Shown: positions 1 through 10,211, counted from the first letter of the stretch. The stretch is DNA of 64,000 bases from Candidatus Multivorans sp. (GCA_965224025.1 OZ245033.1:4512001-4576000); one strand, 5' to 3'. Numbers and translations are program-made. The notes: generated by a model from the letters alone, not told the origin.

Positions 1-2
1 AC

Positions 3-263
3 ATCGACATCGGCAACGCGCCGGCGGAGATCGTCAGCGAGTTCCGCACCCGGTTCTACGACACGGAGCTGTTCTTCGACCCCTACGCCGGCGCCAAGTT
101 CGCCAACTATCTGTTCCGCGTCCACGGCGACGCCGCGACGGACTCGAGCGAAGAAGCACACCGCCGGATCGAGGAAGCCCAGTTGTTCATCGAGGCGGCC
201 CACGCCTGCAACCACCGGATCGCGCAACAGCAGGCGACGGCCGGTCTGCGACGAGCGGTATGA
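3..263 (+). CDS. C-terminal fragment of a gene running in from the left edge, probably the helical tail of a nitrite/sulfite reductase
   Basis: Own translation of frame 3: IDIGNAPAEIVSEFRTRFYDTELFFDPYAGAKFANYLF...AHRRIEEAQLFIEAAHAC...*. The stop overlaps the next ATG (ATGA). Family call is from recalled similarity only. Confidence 0.5.
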   Translation: MDIGNAPAEIVSEFRTRFYDTELFFDPYAGAKFANYLFRVHGDAATDSSEEAHRRIEEAQLFIEAAHACNHRIAQQQATAGLRRAV

Positions 264-844
264 GCACTACCCAGGGACCCGACCTCGATGGTCTGGTCAA
301 GCTCGACCTGAAGGTGCTCGCCCGCGCCGAATCCACGGCCGAGGCGGAGGAGTTCATCCCCGTCTTCCATCGTTGGATCACCGAGCGGGTTCTGCCCGAG
401 CTGCTGATCGATGTCGCCGACTACAGCCATGTCCCCGAAGGACCGGGCGTGCTGTTGATCGGCCACGACGCCCAGTACAGCTACGACCAGGGTCGCGGCG
501 AGCCGGGGCTCCTCTACAGCCGCCGGCGCGAAACGTCACCCGCACTCCAAGGCATCGGCAGGCTGGACCGCCGGATCGAGTCACTGCTCGCGTGCGCGTT
601 CCGGGCCTGCGACCTGATCGAAGCCGAGCTCCAACTCGAAGGTCGGGTCGCTTTCGACCGCCACCGGCTCGAGTTGCGCGTGAACGACCGCCTCGTCGCC
701 CGCGACGACGACACAGTCGCCGCTCTCGAGTCCGCCTTCTCGCAAGCTCTGTTCGCCGCCGGCGTCGGCAACGGCGACGCGCCCGTCGCGCTGGAGCGCA
801 CCGGCGAGGCACGCGAGCGGCTGACGTTCAGGACCGCCCCTTAG
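260..844 (+). CDS. conserved hypothetical protein, translationally coupled to the upstream gene
   Basis: 194 aa, normal codon usage, ATGA overlap; FIPVFHRWI...LIDVADYSHVPEGPGVLLIGH block looks conserved. Confidence 0.75.
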   Translation: MSTTQGPDLDGLVKLDLKVLARAESTAEAEEFIPVFHRWITERVLPELLIDVADYSHVPEGPGVLLIGHDAQYSYDQGRGEPGLLYSRRRETSPALQGIGRLDRRIESLLACAFRACDLIEAELQLEGRVAFDRHRLELRVNDRLVARDDDTVAALESAFSQALFAAGVGNGDAPVALERTGEARERLTFRTAP

Positions 845-856
845 GCCAGCGCTACC

Positions 857-958
857 CGCCGGATGCGGGCAAGATGCCCGCGTGCCATCCGTGCGCCCGA
901 TGACGGGCGCACGAGTGGTTCGCGGGTGGCGCGGATCGCGCCACCCGGGTTCCCAAGG
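857..958 (+). repeat. REP-like multi-hairpin repeat, family A, copy 1 (three hairpins)
   Basis: GCGGGC-aagat-GCCCGC, GTGCGCCCG-atga-CGGGCGCAC, CGGGTGGCGCG-gat-CGCGCCACCCG; homologous copies at 5419, 24205, 57818 and 60701. Confidence 0.85.
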
Positions 959-1570
959 CTAGTCCTGACAGGCGCCTGCCGCCTGCGCCACGAGTTGCCG
1001 CAACTGCGGCTTCAGTTCCAGTGCGGCCGCAGCCTCGCGGCCGGCATCCGACATCTTGGGCCAGGTCCTGGCCAGCACTTCCGCCGTCTTCTCGTCGCCA
1101 AGCCGCCTCACCAGCCCCTCCAGGTCGCGCTCCAGGAACACGAGGCAGGCCGCGTCCTCCAGCGTCTGCGCCTCCTGGGGCGAACTCCGGACCGCCCGCT
1201 TCAGCACCAGGTTCTGTACGCGCTCGATCTTCTCCCGCCTGTAGCCGGCGTCGCGCAGCACCGCGGCGGCAAGCCGCGCGTGCTCCAGGGCCGCCGCTCG
1301 CCGCCAGGCGAGATAGCCCTTCCGCCCGGCCGGGTAGTCCGTCCGCGGCAGCTTGAAGCGGCGCAGATGCTGGCAGTGCGCCGCAAGGACCAGGAGCTCG
1401 CCGGCATCCGGATCGAGCCGCGTCACCCAGGCCGCCATCCGCCGGGCATAAGCCAACTCCCGCGGCACCTGTTTGCCGTCCACCGTCTCCGTCGCCGGAT
1501 CCTCCCCGTGAAACAGGTTGAACCCCGCCACCGCGTTCTCGAAACGCGGCATCAGCTCGAAGCTCTTCAC
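959..1570 (-). CDS. DUF4202 domain-containing protein (HD-like fold)
   Basis: ELAYARRM...LAAHCQHLRRFKLPRTDYPAGRKGYLAWR...QTLEDAACLVFL...TWPKMS. Confidence 0.85.
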   Translation of the reverse strand: MKSFELMPRFENAVAGFNLFHGEDPATETVDGKQVPRELAYARRMAAWVTRLDPDAGELLVLAAHCQHLRRFKLPRTDYPAGRKGYLAWRRAAALEHARLAAAVLRDAGYRREKIERVQNLVLKRAVRSSPQEAQTLEDAACLVFLERDLEGLVRRLGDEKTAEVLARTWPKMSDAGREAAAALELKPQLRQLVAQAAGACQD

Positions 1571-1576
1571 GGTGCC

Positions 1577-2521
1577 CTACTCGCCGGCCAGTTCCCGCTC
1601 GACGAGCTTCTCCTCGGCGTTCTTCTGCAGCTCGCCGAGCCAGGCGACGTACCCCTCAGGGTCGACGAAGGGGTGGGGATCGCCATCCGCCCGCGACGCC
1701 AACTGCTCGGCCCGCTCGAAGATCCTCCCCATGGAGGCGTGGTTCGTGATGCTGACCTCGATCGGGTTGCCGTCCTCCGAGGCGAGCCGCTGAATCCGGG
1801 CCACGCTGTCCAAGTAGAGGTTCGTGCGGTGGACGCCCTCGAAGTTGAGGCCCACGCCGCCGAACACGAAGGCGCGGTGCTCCTCGCCGCCGTCGCGCGC
1901 CGGGAACTCCATAGACAGAACCCCCTCGGTGTGCCCGGGCGTGACGTAGAAGCGGAGCTCCGTGTCGCCCAGATCGAGCGTGTCGCCGTCGGCGATGACC
2001 ATGTCGTGGACCGGCACGTCGATCTCGTAGTCGGGGTTGTCCGGCGGGGTTTCAGCCAGTTCCCAGTCCGCCGCGGTCATGCCGACCCGCGCCCCGTACG
2101 TCTCCTGGAAGCGGGCGGCGCCGCCGACGTGGTCAAAGTGGCCGTGAGTGGCCAGCACGTACTTCAGGTCCGCCGGGTCGTACCCCAGGGTCCGGATGCC
2201 ATCGATCGCCGTATCGATGTGGTCGCCGTAGAGCGCGTCGATCAGGATCAGACCGTCCGTGGTCACCAGCAGGTAGCACGAGACCCACTCGATCCCGACG
2301 TAGTAGAGGTTGTCGAAGATCTGGAACGGCTCGACCCGCTGTGCAACTGGGTCGTTCAGGTCTTCCCCTTCCGGATCGAAAGACTCGGCGGGCTCGGCAG
2401 GCGCGGCATCCGCTTCGGCCGCATCGTCCGCCGCCGGTGGAGTCGCCTCGCCGCCGCCGCAGGCCAGGGCGCCAAGCGCGATCAGGAGGACTGCCAGGAG
2501 GGCTGGAAAGGAACGTGTCAT
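1577..2521 (-). CDS. MBL-fold metallo-hydrolase, subclass B3-like lipoprotein
   Basis: Lipobox LAC; EPFQIFDNLYYVG, THGHFDH and TPGHTEG motifs. Confidence 0.85.
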   Translation of the reverse strand: MTRSFPALLAVLLIALGALACGGGEATPPAADDAAEADAAPAEPAESFDPEGEDLNDPVAQRVEPFQIFDNLYYVGIEWVSCYLLVTTDGLILIDALYGDHIDTAIDGIRTLGYDPADLKYVLATHGHFDHVGGAARFQETYGARVGMTAADWELAETPPDNPDYEIDVPVHDMVIADGDTLDLGDTELRFYVTPGHTEGVLSMEFPARDGGEEHRAFVFGGVGLNFEGVHRTNLYLDSVARIQRLASEDGNPIEVSITNHASMGRIFERAEQLASRADGDPHPFVDPEGYVAWLGELQKNAEEKLVERELAGE

Positions 2522-2691
2522 CGCGTCTTCTCCCGTGTCTTCTCCAGAAAGAATCCCTTACCCCGTCCCCGCCTTGCGGCGCGCGAACGGAGGGGTCTGA
2601 GCAACTCGCCGCGTCGCCGCCCGTGGCGCGCGTGCTCGCCCCGCGAAGCTACCACGGGAAGACGGCCGATCGGAGGCTCGTGGGCGCCGCG

Positions 2692-3393
2692 CTACCAGGT
2701 CTCGCGGTACGGGCGCAGCTCGACGTCGAAGCTCCACGCAGACGGGTCCTGGTGCGCGACGTACCACACGTTCTCGGCGATCGCGTCCGGCTGGATGAAG
2801 AAGTCGTCCGGCTGGTCGGGCATTCGCCGCCGGGTCCATTCCAGGTCGATCACCGCGTCGATTACGAAGTACGCGACGTGGATGCCCTGCGGCCCCAGGG
2901 TCCGCGCCATCGACTCGGCCAGGATGCGCTGCCCCGCCTTGGTCGGCGCGAACCCGGCGAACCGCGGAATGCCGCGGCGGGCCGCCGTGTTGCCGGTGAC
3001 CATGATCGCCCCGCGCCCGGCCTCGATCATCGCCGGGGCGACCGCGCGCGCCAAGTAGAGCAGGCCCATCACGTTGACTTCGAAGTTGGCGCGCAGGCGC
3101 TCCGGATCGACCTCCAGGAAGTCGCCGAAAGCGCCGCCCACGGCGTTGTGGACGAAGACCCCTGGCGCGCCCAGATCGCCGCCGACCCGCGCCACGGTCG
3201 CGCGCACCGCCTGCGCGTCGGACACGTCGCAGACGTAGCCGCGCGAACCCTCGATCTCGGTCTCCAGCGCTTCCAGACGCTCTGCGTTGCGCGCGAGCAT
3301 CGCCACCCGGTAGCCGCCGGCCCTAAAGCGACGAGCCAGCGAAGCCCCCGTTCCGGGACCCACGCCGGAGATGAGACAGACCGGATCGCTCAT
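2692..3393 (-). CDS. SDR family NAD(P)-dependent oxidoreductase
   Basis: Start moved to MSDPVCLISGVGPGTG (Rossmann motif); FAPTKAGQR; ends WSFDVELRPYRETW. Confidence 0.9.
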   Translation of the reverse strand: MSDPVCLISGVGPGTGASLARRFRAGGYRVAMLARNAERLEALETEIEGSRGYVCDVSDAQAVRATVARVGGDLGAPGVFVHNAVGGAFGDFLEVDPERLRANFEVNVMGLLYLARAVAPAMIEAGRGAIMVTGNTAARRGIPRFAGFAPTKAGQRILAESMARTLGPQGIHVAYFVIDAVIDLEWTRRRMPDQPDDFFIQPDAIAENVWYVAHQDPSAWSFDVELRPYRETW

Positions 3394-3562
3394 GGGATGC
3401 GGACGATACTCCACCGCGATCGCAGGCGCCGCGCCAACGCCGCGCCGGGGCGCCCACGCACGGCGAGGGCGGACCTTCGCCCGTCGCGCCTGCGAGCCTC
3501 CAAGTGATCTATAGCCATTCCTGTATAGTTGATCGACCCAAGCCCGACCCAGGAGGCCGCAG

Positions 3563-4177
3563 ATGACCCCGTCCAACCGACAGACTCCGACCAGTCCATT
3601 GCTCCCCACGCTGACGGCGAGCCTGGTGGCTGCAACGCTCGTGGTTGCGGCGACACCGGCGAACGCCGAGCGCGGCGACATCTACGCCGGCGCGTACTAC
3701 AGTCTGGCCGATGTCGAGGTTCGCTCGAGCGGGGCCTTCGACCAGATCATCGACGGCGACGAGAACGCCCTGAGTTACGAGGTCGGCTACCGGTTCCACC
3801 CGAACGTCGGCATCGAGGTCGGTTACCACGACCTGTCGAAGGTCGACGGCTCGATCCTGCCGTGCGCCCAGGGCGTGTCGTGCGGCGAGATCGCCACCAA
3901 GGGCAAGTTCACGGGGCTGACCCTGGCGGTGGCGCCGCGCTTCGAGGTCGTCGGCCGGGTCGGCATCTTCGCCAAGGCTGGGCTCGTCACTTGGGGCGGC
4001 GAGATCGAAGACGCGGCGGACAACCTCGATGTCGCGATCGAGGATCTCGACCGGGGCGACACGATTCTCGGCTTCGGCGTCGACGTGAAGATCATCACCG
4101 GCCTGTCGGGGGTCGCGAAGTGGGAGTCGATGGGCGACATCGAACTCGTCTCGGTCGGCGTTCGCCTGACGTTCTAG
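3563..4177 (+). CDS. outer-membrane beta-barrel protein (OmpA-like, 8-stranded)
   Basis: Signal peptide (ANA-E), GYRFHPNVGIEVGY, amphipathic strands, C-terminal Phe. Confidence 0.85.
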   Translation: MTPSNRQTPTSPLLPTLTASLVAATLVVAATPANAERGDIYAGAYYSLADVEVRSSGAFDQIIDGDENALSYEVGYRFHPNVGIEVGYHDLSKVDGSILPCAQGVSCGEIATKGKFTGLTLAVAPRFEVVGRVGIFAKAGLVTWGGEIEDAADNLDVAIEDLDRGDTILGFGVDVKIITGLSGVAKWESMGDIELVSVGVRLTF

Positions 4178-4229
4178 GAGTCGAGTCGCGGCGTCCGCGC
4201 CGCGCTGACGCACAGGAAACAGGGCTTGT
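4176..4229 (+). repeat. dispersed 54-bp repeat, family B, copy 1
   Basis: Exact reverse complement of 29748-29801; internal hairpin CGCGGCG-tccg-CGCCGCG. Confidence 0.9.
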
Positions 4230-4263
4230 CTACCGCGCAAGCTCCTGGTGCTACCGTCGGCCA

Positions 4264-5403
4264 ATGACCGACATCACGCCCTACCGCATCGAAGTCGACG
4301 ACGAGCAACTGACCGATCTGCGCCGCCGGCTGGACGCGACGCGATGGCCTGAACGGGAGACGGTCGACGACTGGACCCAGGGCATTCCACTCGCCTACAC
4401 GAAGGAGTTGTGCGAGTACTGGGCGTCCTCCTACGACTGGCGCCGGCTGGAAAGCCGCCTGAACGACTTCGACCAGTTCAAGACCGAGATCGACGGGCTG
4501 GGCATCCATTTCCTCCATCTCCGCTCCAAGCACACCGGCGCCGCGCCGCTGGTGCTCACCCACGGTTGGCCGGGGTCGATCGTCGAGTTCCTCGAAGTCA
4601 CAGGTCCGCTGCTCGACCCGACCGCGCACGGCGGTTCGGCGGAGGACGCTTTCCACCTCGTCGTGCCGACCCTGCCCGGCTTCGGATTCTCCGACAAGCC
4701 GACGTCGCCGGGCTGGAGCGTCGAGAAGGTCGCGGATGCCTGGGCCGAGCTCATGGCGCGCCTCGGCTACGAGTGGTACTTCGCCCAGGGCGGTGACTGG
4801 GGCGCCGCCGTCAGCACGGCGATCGCGATCCAGGACCACGAGCACTGCCACGGCATCCACGTGAACATGCCGACGGTGGGCGTCGACCAGAGCACGATGA
4901 ACGACCTGACCGACAACGAGAAGGACGCTCTCGCCGGCATCCAGCACTACCGCGACTGGGACTCGGGCTACTCGAAGCAGCAGTCGACACGGCCGCAGAC
5001 TCTGGGCTACGGGCTCGTCGATTCGCCCGCCGGCCAGGCGGCGTGGATCGTCGAGAAGTTCTGGTCCTGGACCGACAACGACGGCCACCCCGAAGACGTA
5101 CTGACCCGCGACCAGTTGCTCGACAACGTGATGATGTACTGGCTGCCGGCCTGCGGCGCCTCCTCGGGACGCATCTACTGGGAGAGCTTCGGCAACGGCG
5201 GCGCCGACCCGGTCGAGGTCCCGGTCGGCTGCAGCATCTTCCCCAAGGAGATCTTCCGCGCATCGCGCCGCTGGGCCGAAAAGCGCTACCGGAACCTCGT
5301 GTACTGGAACCGCCTGGAGAAGGGCGGCCATTTCGCCGCCTTCGAGGTGCCGGACGTCTTCGTCGGGGAGCTGCGGGCCTGTTTCCGTGAGATGAAGGCC
5401 TGA
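4264..5403 (+). CDS. epoxide hydrolase (microsomal EH-like alpha/beta hydrolase)
   Basis: Start at MTDITPYRI; EH N-terminal domain, HGWPGS, AQGGDWG nucleophile, GGHFAA. Confidence 0.93.
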   Translation: MTDITPYRIEVDDEQLTDLRRRLDATRWPERETVDDWTQGIPLAYTKELCEYWASSYDWRRLESRLNDFDQFKTEIDGLGIHFLHLRSKHTGAAPLVLTHGWPGSIVEFLEVTGPLLDPTAHGGSAEDAFHLVVPTLPGFGFSDKPTSPGWSVEKVADAWAELMARLGYEWYFAQGGDWGAAVSTAIAIQDHEHCHGIHVNMPTVGVDQSTMNDLTDNEKDALAGIQHYRDWDSGYSKQQSTRPQTLGYGLVDSPAGQAAWIVEKFWSWTDNDGHPEDVLTRDQLLDNVMMYWLPACGASSGRIYWESFGNGGADPVEVPVGCSIFPKEIFRASRRWAEKRYRNLVYWNRLEKGGHFAAFEVPDVFVGELRACFREMKA

Positions 5404-5418
5404 CGGACGCAGTCAGCC

Positions 5419-5493
5419 GCCATCCGCGCGCCCGATGACGGGCGCACTGAGTGATTCGCGGGTGGCGCGGGTCGCGCCACCCGGGTTCCCAGG
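5419..5493 (+). repeat. REP-like repeat, family A, copy 2
   Basis: Two-hairpin core nearly identical to about 884-958; lies between convergent genes. Confidence 0.85.
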
Positions 5494-5512
5494 GGACGGA
5501 GAAGCCGTACTT

Positions 5513-7168
5513 TCAGTTGTCATCGACGCGGGCGTGGAACCGTGGCGGCCGGCGGTGCGGCGCCGTCTGCTCGAAGGCCCAGGCGATGCGGATCAGCGTC
5601 GGTTCGCTCCACGCGGCGCCGAAGAAGGAGACCCCCACCGGCAGGCCGTGGACGTAGCTGGCCGGCACGGTGACGTTCGGGTAGCCCGCGACAGCCGCCG
5701 CGCCCGAGCTGCCGACCGAGAAGCGGTCGCCGTGGACCAGATCGGTCACCCAGGCGGGACCGCCGCTCGGCCCTAGAATGGCGTCGAGACGGTGCTCCGC
5801 GAGCGCCGCGTCGAGCCCTTCCTCGCGGGACAGGCGGTTCGCCGTGCCGCGCGCCGTCTGGTAGGCGGCCTCCGTGAGCGGTCCCTTGCCCTCCGCCTCG
5901 ATCAGGATCTCCTGGCCGAAGAAGGGCATCTCGCGTTCCGCGTTCGCCTCGTTGAAGGCGATCACGTCCGCGAGGGAAGCGACCGGGGCGCCGTCGCCCA
6001 ACTCGGCGAGGTACGCGTTCAGACCGGCCTTGAACTCATGGAGCATGGCCTCGTACTCGTGCGGCCCGACTTCGTCCCGATGGGCGATCGGGGCGGGATC
6101 GACCATCTCGGCGCCGAGGCTGGCAAGCACCTCGATCGCCTCCTCCATCGCGTCGTCGACGCGGCTGTCGCCGCCCATGAACTGCCTGCCGACGCCGATC
6201 CGCAGACCGTTCAGATCTGCCGCGCCGGGCTCGGCGAGGTGGCGGCCCAGGTCGGTCGGAACCGGCGATCCGGCAGTCACCTCGTCCCGCGGATCCCGCC
6301 CCGTCATGCCGCCGAGCAGCGCCGCGGCGTCGGCCACCGTCCGCGCCATCGGGCCGGCGGTGTCCTGCACCGCCGAGATGGGGACGATGCCGCTCCGGCC
6401 GACCAGGCCGACCGTTGGCTTGATGCCGACCAGGCCGTTCGCCGACGACGGGCAGATGATCGAGCCGTCGGTCTCCGTGCCGACCGCCGCCGCGCACAGA
6501 TTGGCGGAGGTTGCGGCGCCGGACCCGGAACTCGAACCGCACGGATTCCGGTTGAGGGCGTACGGATTGCGGCACTGCCCACCGCGCGCGCTCCAGCCCG
6601 AACTCGACCTGTTGGAGCGGAAGTTGGCCCACTCGCTCAGATTCGCCTTGCCGAGCAGCACCGCGCCGGCGCGTCGGAGCTGGGCGGCTGCGAAGGCGTC
6701 CTGCCGCGGGATCGAGCCTTCGAGCGCCAGCGATCCGGCCGTCGTCGTCGTCCGGTCGGCGGTGGCGATGTTGTCTTTGAGCAGGATCGGGATGCCGTGC
6801 AGCGGCCCCCGCACGGTGCCCGCCGCCCGCTCCCGATCAAGCTCCTCTGCGATCTCCAGGGCGTCCGGGTTCGTCTCGATCACCGAGCGCAGGGTCGGTC
6901 CCTGGCGGTCGAGCGCTTCGATCCGGTCGAGGTAGAGCCGGGTGATCTCCGCGCTCGTCCGCTCGCCGGCCGCCATCTGGCGGCCGAGTTCGGCGATCGT
7001 CGCCTCCTCGAGTTCAAAGGCTCGCACATCCGCGCCGGGCTCGCCGTCCGACAGGGCGTCCGAATCCCGCTCGGATGGCGAACAGGCCGCACCGGCGACC
7101 GCTGCCGCACCGAGCGCGCCGGCCACAGCCATCACCTGACGACGCGTCGCGCCCTCCGTCTTACTCAT
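5513..7168 (-). CDS. amidase signature family enzyme (Tat-exported lipoprotein)
   Basis: TRRQVM Tat motif, AAC lipobox, LLKDN, GSSSGSG, GTETDGS. Confidence 0.93.
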   Translation of the reverse strand: MSKTEGATRRQVMAVAGALGAAAVAGAACSPSERDSDALSDGEPGADVRAFELEEATIAELGRQMAAGERTSAEITRLYLDRIEALDRQGPTLRSVIETNPDALEIAEELDRERAAGTVRGPLHGIPILLKDNIATADRTTTTAGSLALEGSIPRQDAFAAAQLRRAGAVLLGKANLSEWANFRSNRSSSGWSARGGQCRNPYALNRNPCGSSSGSGAATSANLCAAAVGTETDGSIICPSSANGLVGIKPTVGLVGRSGIVPISAVQDTAGPMARTVADAAALLGGMTGRDPRDEVTAGSPVPTDLGRHLAEPGAADLNGLRIGVGRQFMGGDSRVDDAMEEAIEVLASLGAEMVDPAPIAHRDEVGPHEYEAMLHEFKAGLNAYLAELGDGAPVASLADVIAFNEANAEREMPFFGQEILIEAEGKGPLTEAAYQTARGTANRLSREEGLDAALAEHRLDAILGPSGGPAWVTDLVHGDRFSVGSSGAAAVAGYPNVTVPASYVHGLPVGVSFFGAAWSEPTLIRIAWAFEQTAPHRRPPRFHARVDDN

Positions 7169-7206
7169 GGCGCGACGCTAGCAGCAGCCTGCACGGATCT
7201 TCACGT

Positions 7207-8949
7207 CTACAGCGAGGCGAGTCCGCTTCCAGCAGAGCGTCGCAACTCCGCCGACGACGTGTCTCCGGGTGCGCGGGCCTTCTGGCCCGCATCCGGCGAA
7301 CCACTCAGCCCGAGCCCCCACAGCCAGGCCACTATCGCCCCCAAGGGCACGTACCAGGGCCAGGCCAGTAGTTCCCCGCCCGGCCCCTCCGCCCAGCGCC
7401 ACAACGCCAGCACCACGGCCGCGCCCAGGATCAACAACAGACTTGCTCCAATCCGGCCGCGACCGTCCGTCGTCAACCAGGTTCCGAGCAGCACGGCGCC
7501 ACCGAGCAGGCACACCCAACCCGCAACTGGTTGGCGCCAGGCCACGGCGAACACAGCGAGGACGGACAGCGGCCCGGACCACAGGAAGCCGCGGCCGTCG
7601 CGACCGCGGGGCGCAAGCGCAAGAACGACCGCGGCCATCAGCGCCCCGCCGGTGTAGCCGGCCATCGCCAACGCCAGGTCCAACAACGCGTCGTACCGGG
7701 CCGCCACGGAGTCCATCAGCAGCGATGTCAAGCCCAGCACCAGCCCCCAACCGAGGACCAGCAGCCGCGGCAGCCGCAGACTGTCGCCGCGACGCCCCCG
7801 CCGACCCAGCAGCGACGACGTGGTCTGCGCCAGGGCCGCGAGAATGGAGTCGAGACTCGAGATCGCCGCGGCCAGCGCCCCGGCCACGACCAGGCCCTTC
7901 AGGCCGACCGCCACCGCCTCGACCGCGAACACCGCGAAGATCCGATCGGGCTGCTCCGCCACGATCGCCGCCGCCGCACCTTGAAGCGGCGCCTGCTCGT
8001 AGTAGGCCCACAGCCCGATCCCGACCAGGGCGAACGCGAACGAGACGATCACGGACACGCTGCTGGCCACCACCGCCCGTTGGGCGTCCTGCGCACTCCG
8101 GCAACAGAAGATGCGCTGCGCCATCAACTGGTCAGTGCCGAAGGCCGCGAAGCCGCCGACCGTGGCGCCGATCAACGCTGCCCACAGGGTGTATGGCGTC
8201 GAGAGCGACGCCCTTAGGTCGAACAGCGTGAACTTCCCCTCCGTCCAGGCTGCCGCAACGGTCGTCGAGATGCCAGCCTCAATCTCCCAGACGACGACAC
8301 CCAAACTGACCGCGACGCCCACGAGGAACAGCAGAAAGAGCGCCGCGTCCGTCCAGACCACGGCGGCGATGCCGCCGAGCCAGGTCCAGAGGATGGCGAC
8401 GGCCATGATCGCTGCCACCGCGGCCACGTGGGGCGGCAGGCCGGTCGCGCTCTCGAGCCAGGCAAGCTCGCGGTGAAGCAGCACCCCGAGCACGACCGCC
8501 GAGAGGTAAACCCGCGCCGACTGCGCCAGCACCCCTCCCAGCCAGAACAGGCCGGTCGCCGTCTTGCGGACCGCCGCGCCCGAGCCGCCGAGCCGGCGCT
8601 CGATCAGGTCGTACGGGCTCATCACGTCGTAACGGTAGTAGGCCGGTACCAGCAGGCGCGCCACGAGCAGACGGGCGGCGACGTAGCCGAACAGCCCTAT
8701 CTGCAGGTAGGTCAGGTTGCCGCCCGGCCGGTGGACGATCGCGGGCAGGCTGATGTAGGTGACGGCGCTGATTTCGGTCGCCACCAGGGACGCCGCCACC
8801 GCATACCACGGCAGGTTGCGCGAGCCCCCGAAGTAGTCGCGCTCCGTCTTCTGCCGCCGCGACAGCGACCGCGACAGCAGCGTCAGGCCGACCAGCAGGG
8901 CGGCGAGGATCAGCCAGTCGAGCGTGCCGAAGGATCCGCTGAGTTGCAT
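7207..8949 (-). CDS. sodium:solute symporter (SSS) family transporter
   Basis: DYFGGSRNLPW, SLVATEISA, GGIAAVVWTD, GTDQLMAQR, AAAISSLDS; many TM helices. Confidence 0.9.
   Translation of the reverse strand: MQLSGSFGTLDWLILAALLVGLTLLSRSLSRRQKTERDYFGGSRNLPWYAVAASLVATEISAVTYISLPAIVHRPGGNLTYLQIGLFGYVAARLLVARLLVPAYYRYDVMSPYDLIERRLGGSGAAVRKTATGLFWLGGVLAQSARVYLSAVVLGVLLHRELAWLESATGLPPHVAAVAAIMAVAILWTWLGGIAAVVWTDAALFLLFLVGVAVSLGVVVWEIEAGISTTVAAAWTEGKFTLFDLRASLSTPYTLWAALIGATVGGFAAFGTDQLMAQRIFCCRSAQDAQRAVVASSVSVIVSFAFALVGIGLWAYYEQAPLQGAAAAIVAEQPDRIFAVFAVEAVAVGLKGLVVAGALAAAISSLDSILAALAQTTSSLLGRRGRRGDSLRLPRLLVLGWGLVLGLTSLLMDSVAARYDALLDLALAMAGYTGGALMAAVVLALAPRGRDGRGFLWSGPLSVLAVFAVAWRQPVAGWVCLLGGAVLLGTWLTTDGRGRIGASLLLILGAAVVLALWRWAEGPGGELLAWPWYVPLGAIVAWLWGLGLSGSPDAGQKARAPGDTSSAELRRSAGSGLASL
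7267..7298 (-). repeat. 32-bp REP-like repeat, family C, inside the 3' end of the SSS CDS
   Basis: Exact reverse complement of 54066-54097 (CGCCGGATGCGGGCCAGAAGGCCCGCGCACCC). Confidence 0.8.
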
Positions 8950-8981
8950 GCGCCCCTACTCAGGGGGGCTCTTCGAGTGAA

Positions 8982-10043
8982 TCACTCGCCGCCGGCGTAG
9001 ACGTCGCCCCGCGTACTCGTCGCCACCCGGTAGAGGCCGGTCCGGGCGGTCATGTAGAGGACGCTGCCGTCGCCGCCGAAGGCCGTGTTGGCCGGCAACT
9101 CGGCCGGTGCGATGGTGCCGAGGTGTCGGCCGTCGGGACTGAAGACGAGGACACCACCCGGTCCGGTAGCGAACACGTTGCCGGCAACATCGACGGCCAA
9201 GCCGTCCGGCGCTCCCTGCAGGTCCACCATGTCGCTGGCGTCGAAGAACATCTCGCCCTCGCCCAAGGTCAGGTCGTCGTTCACCGCGTACTTCTTCCAG
9301 TAGCGGTTGGGCGCCGCATCGGAGTTCGCCACGTACAGGATCTTCTCGTCCGGCGACAGGCCAAGACCGTTGGGGCGGGTCTGACCCGTTTCGAGCAGGG
9401 TCACGGTGCCGTCCGGGTCCAGGCGGTAGATGCCGTTGTGCTCCTGCTCCTTGTTCTCCGACGCGTCCTGTCCGTCCAACCCGTACGGAGGATCGGTGAA
9501 GAAAGCGGCGCCGCTCGAGTGGAACACGATGTCGTTCGGGCTGTTCAGCCGCTTGCCGTCGTAGCGGTCGGCCAGGGTCATCCGCTCGCCGTCGAGCGCC
9601 ATCGCGGACACCCGGCGGCCGCCGTGCTCGCACAGGACGAGCCGCCCGTCCGGATGGAGCGCCAGACCGTTCGAGCCGTTCATGCCGCCGCTGTCGGCGT
9701 CGTCGGGCAGCACGGGCTGCAGGAACACGACCTTGCCCTCGTTCTCGGACCAGCGGTAGACCGTGTTGCCCGGGATGTCGCTGAAGTACAGCCGGTCGGG
9801 ATCGCCGGGCACCCACACCGGACCCTCGGTGAATTCGAAGCCGTCGGCGACCTTCTCGACCACGGCGTCGACCGGCACCAGGTCGTCCATCGCCGGGTCG
9901 TTGCGCAGGACCGAACCGTCCGCCTCCGCCGCTTCAGTCGCTTCATCCACCATCGCTTCCGTCTCCTCCGTCTCGCCGCCGTAGCCGCAACCCGCGGCCA
10001 CCGCGACAGTCACTATCGTCATTCCGGCCAGAGCCTTCTTCAT
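8982..10043 (-). CDS. SMP-30/gluconolactonase/LRE family lipoprotein
   Basis: Start MKKALAG, lipobox AGC; FTEGPVW, LNSPND, FTDPPYG, PNGLGLSPD, PDGLAVD. Confidence 0.92.
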   Translation of the reverse strand: MKKALAGMTIVTVAVAAGCGYGGETEETEAMVDEATEAAEADGSVLRNDPAMDDLVPVDAVVEKVADGFEFTEGPVWVPGDPDRLYFSDIPGNTVYRWSENEGKVVFLQPVLPDDADSGGMNGSNGLALHPDGRLVLCEHGGRRVSAMALDGERMTLADRYDGKRLNSPNDIVFHSSGAAFFTDPPYGLDGQDASENKEQEHNGIYRLDPDGTVTLLETGQTRPNGLGLSPDEKILYVANSDAAPNRYWKKYAVNDDLTLGEGEMFFDASDMVDLQGAPDGLAVDVAGNVFATGPGGVLVFSPDGRHLGTIAPAELPANTAFGGDGSVLYMTARTGLYRVATSTRGDVYAGGE

Positions 10044-10211
10044 CGCCCCTCTCCTCGTGTCGAACCGCCCCATCCCAACCCGGATCGGCTCAGGATAGCA
10101 ATCGGGATTCCCGCAGTGGTCGCGCGTTCCGGAGGGTGGACTTGCAGCCTGGCAGGGGAACGGAGGGGACCAGGCGGGTGTATTCTCGCTCCGTTGCCTC
10201 ATTCGCCCGCC

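Noticed and set aside
863-3058. 731-aa plus-strand ORF and similar long ORFs (12020-13957, 19263-21470, 27347-29218, 41902-44595)
   Set aside because: Antisense shadows of real high-GC genes; Arg/Pro-rich with no motifs
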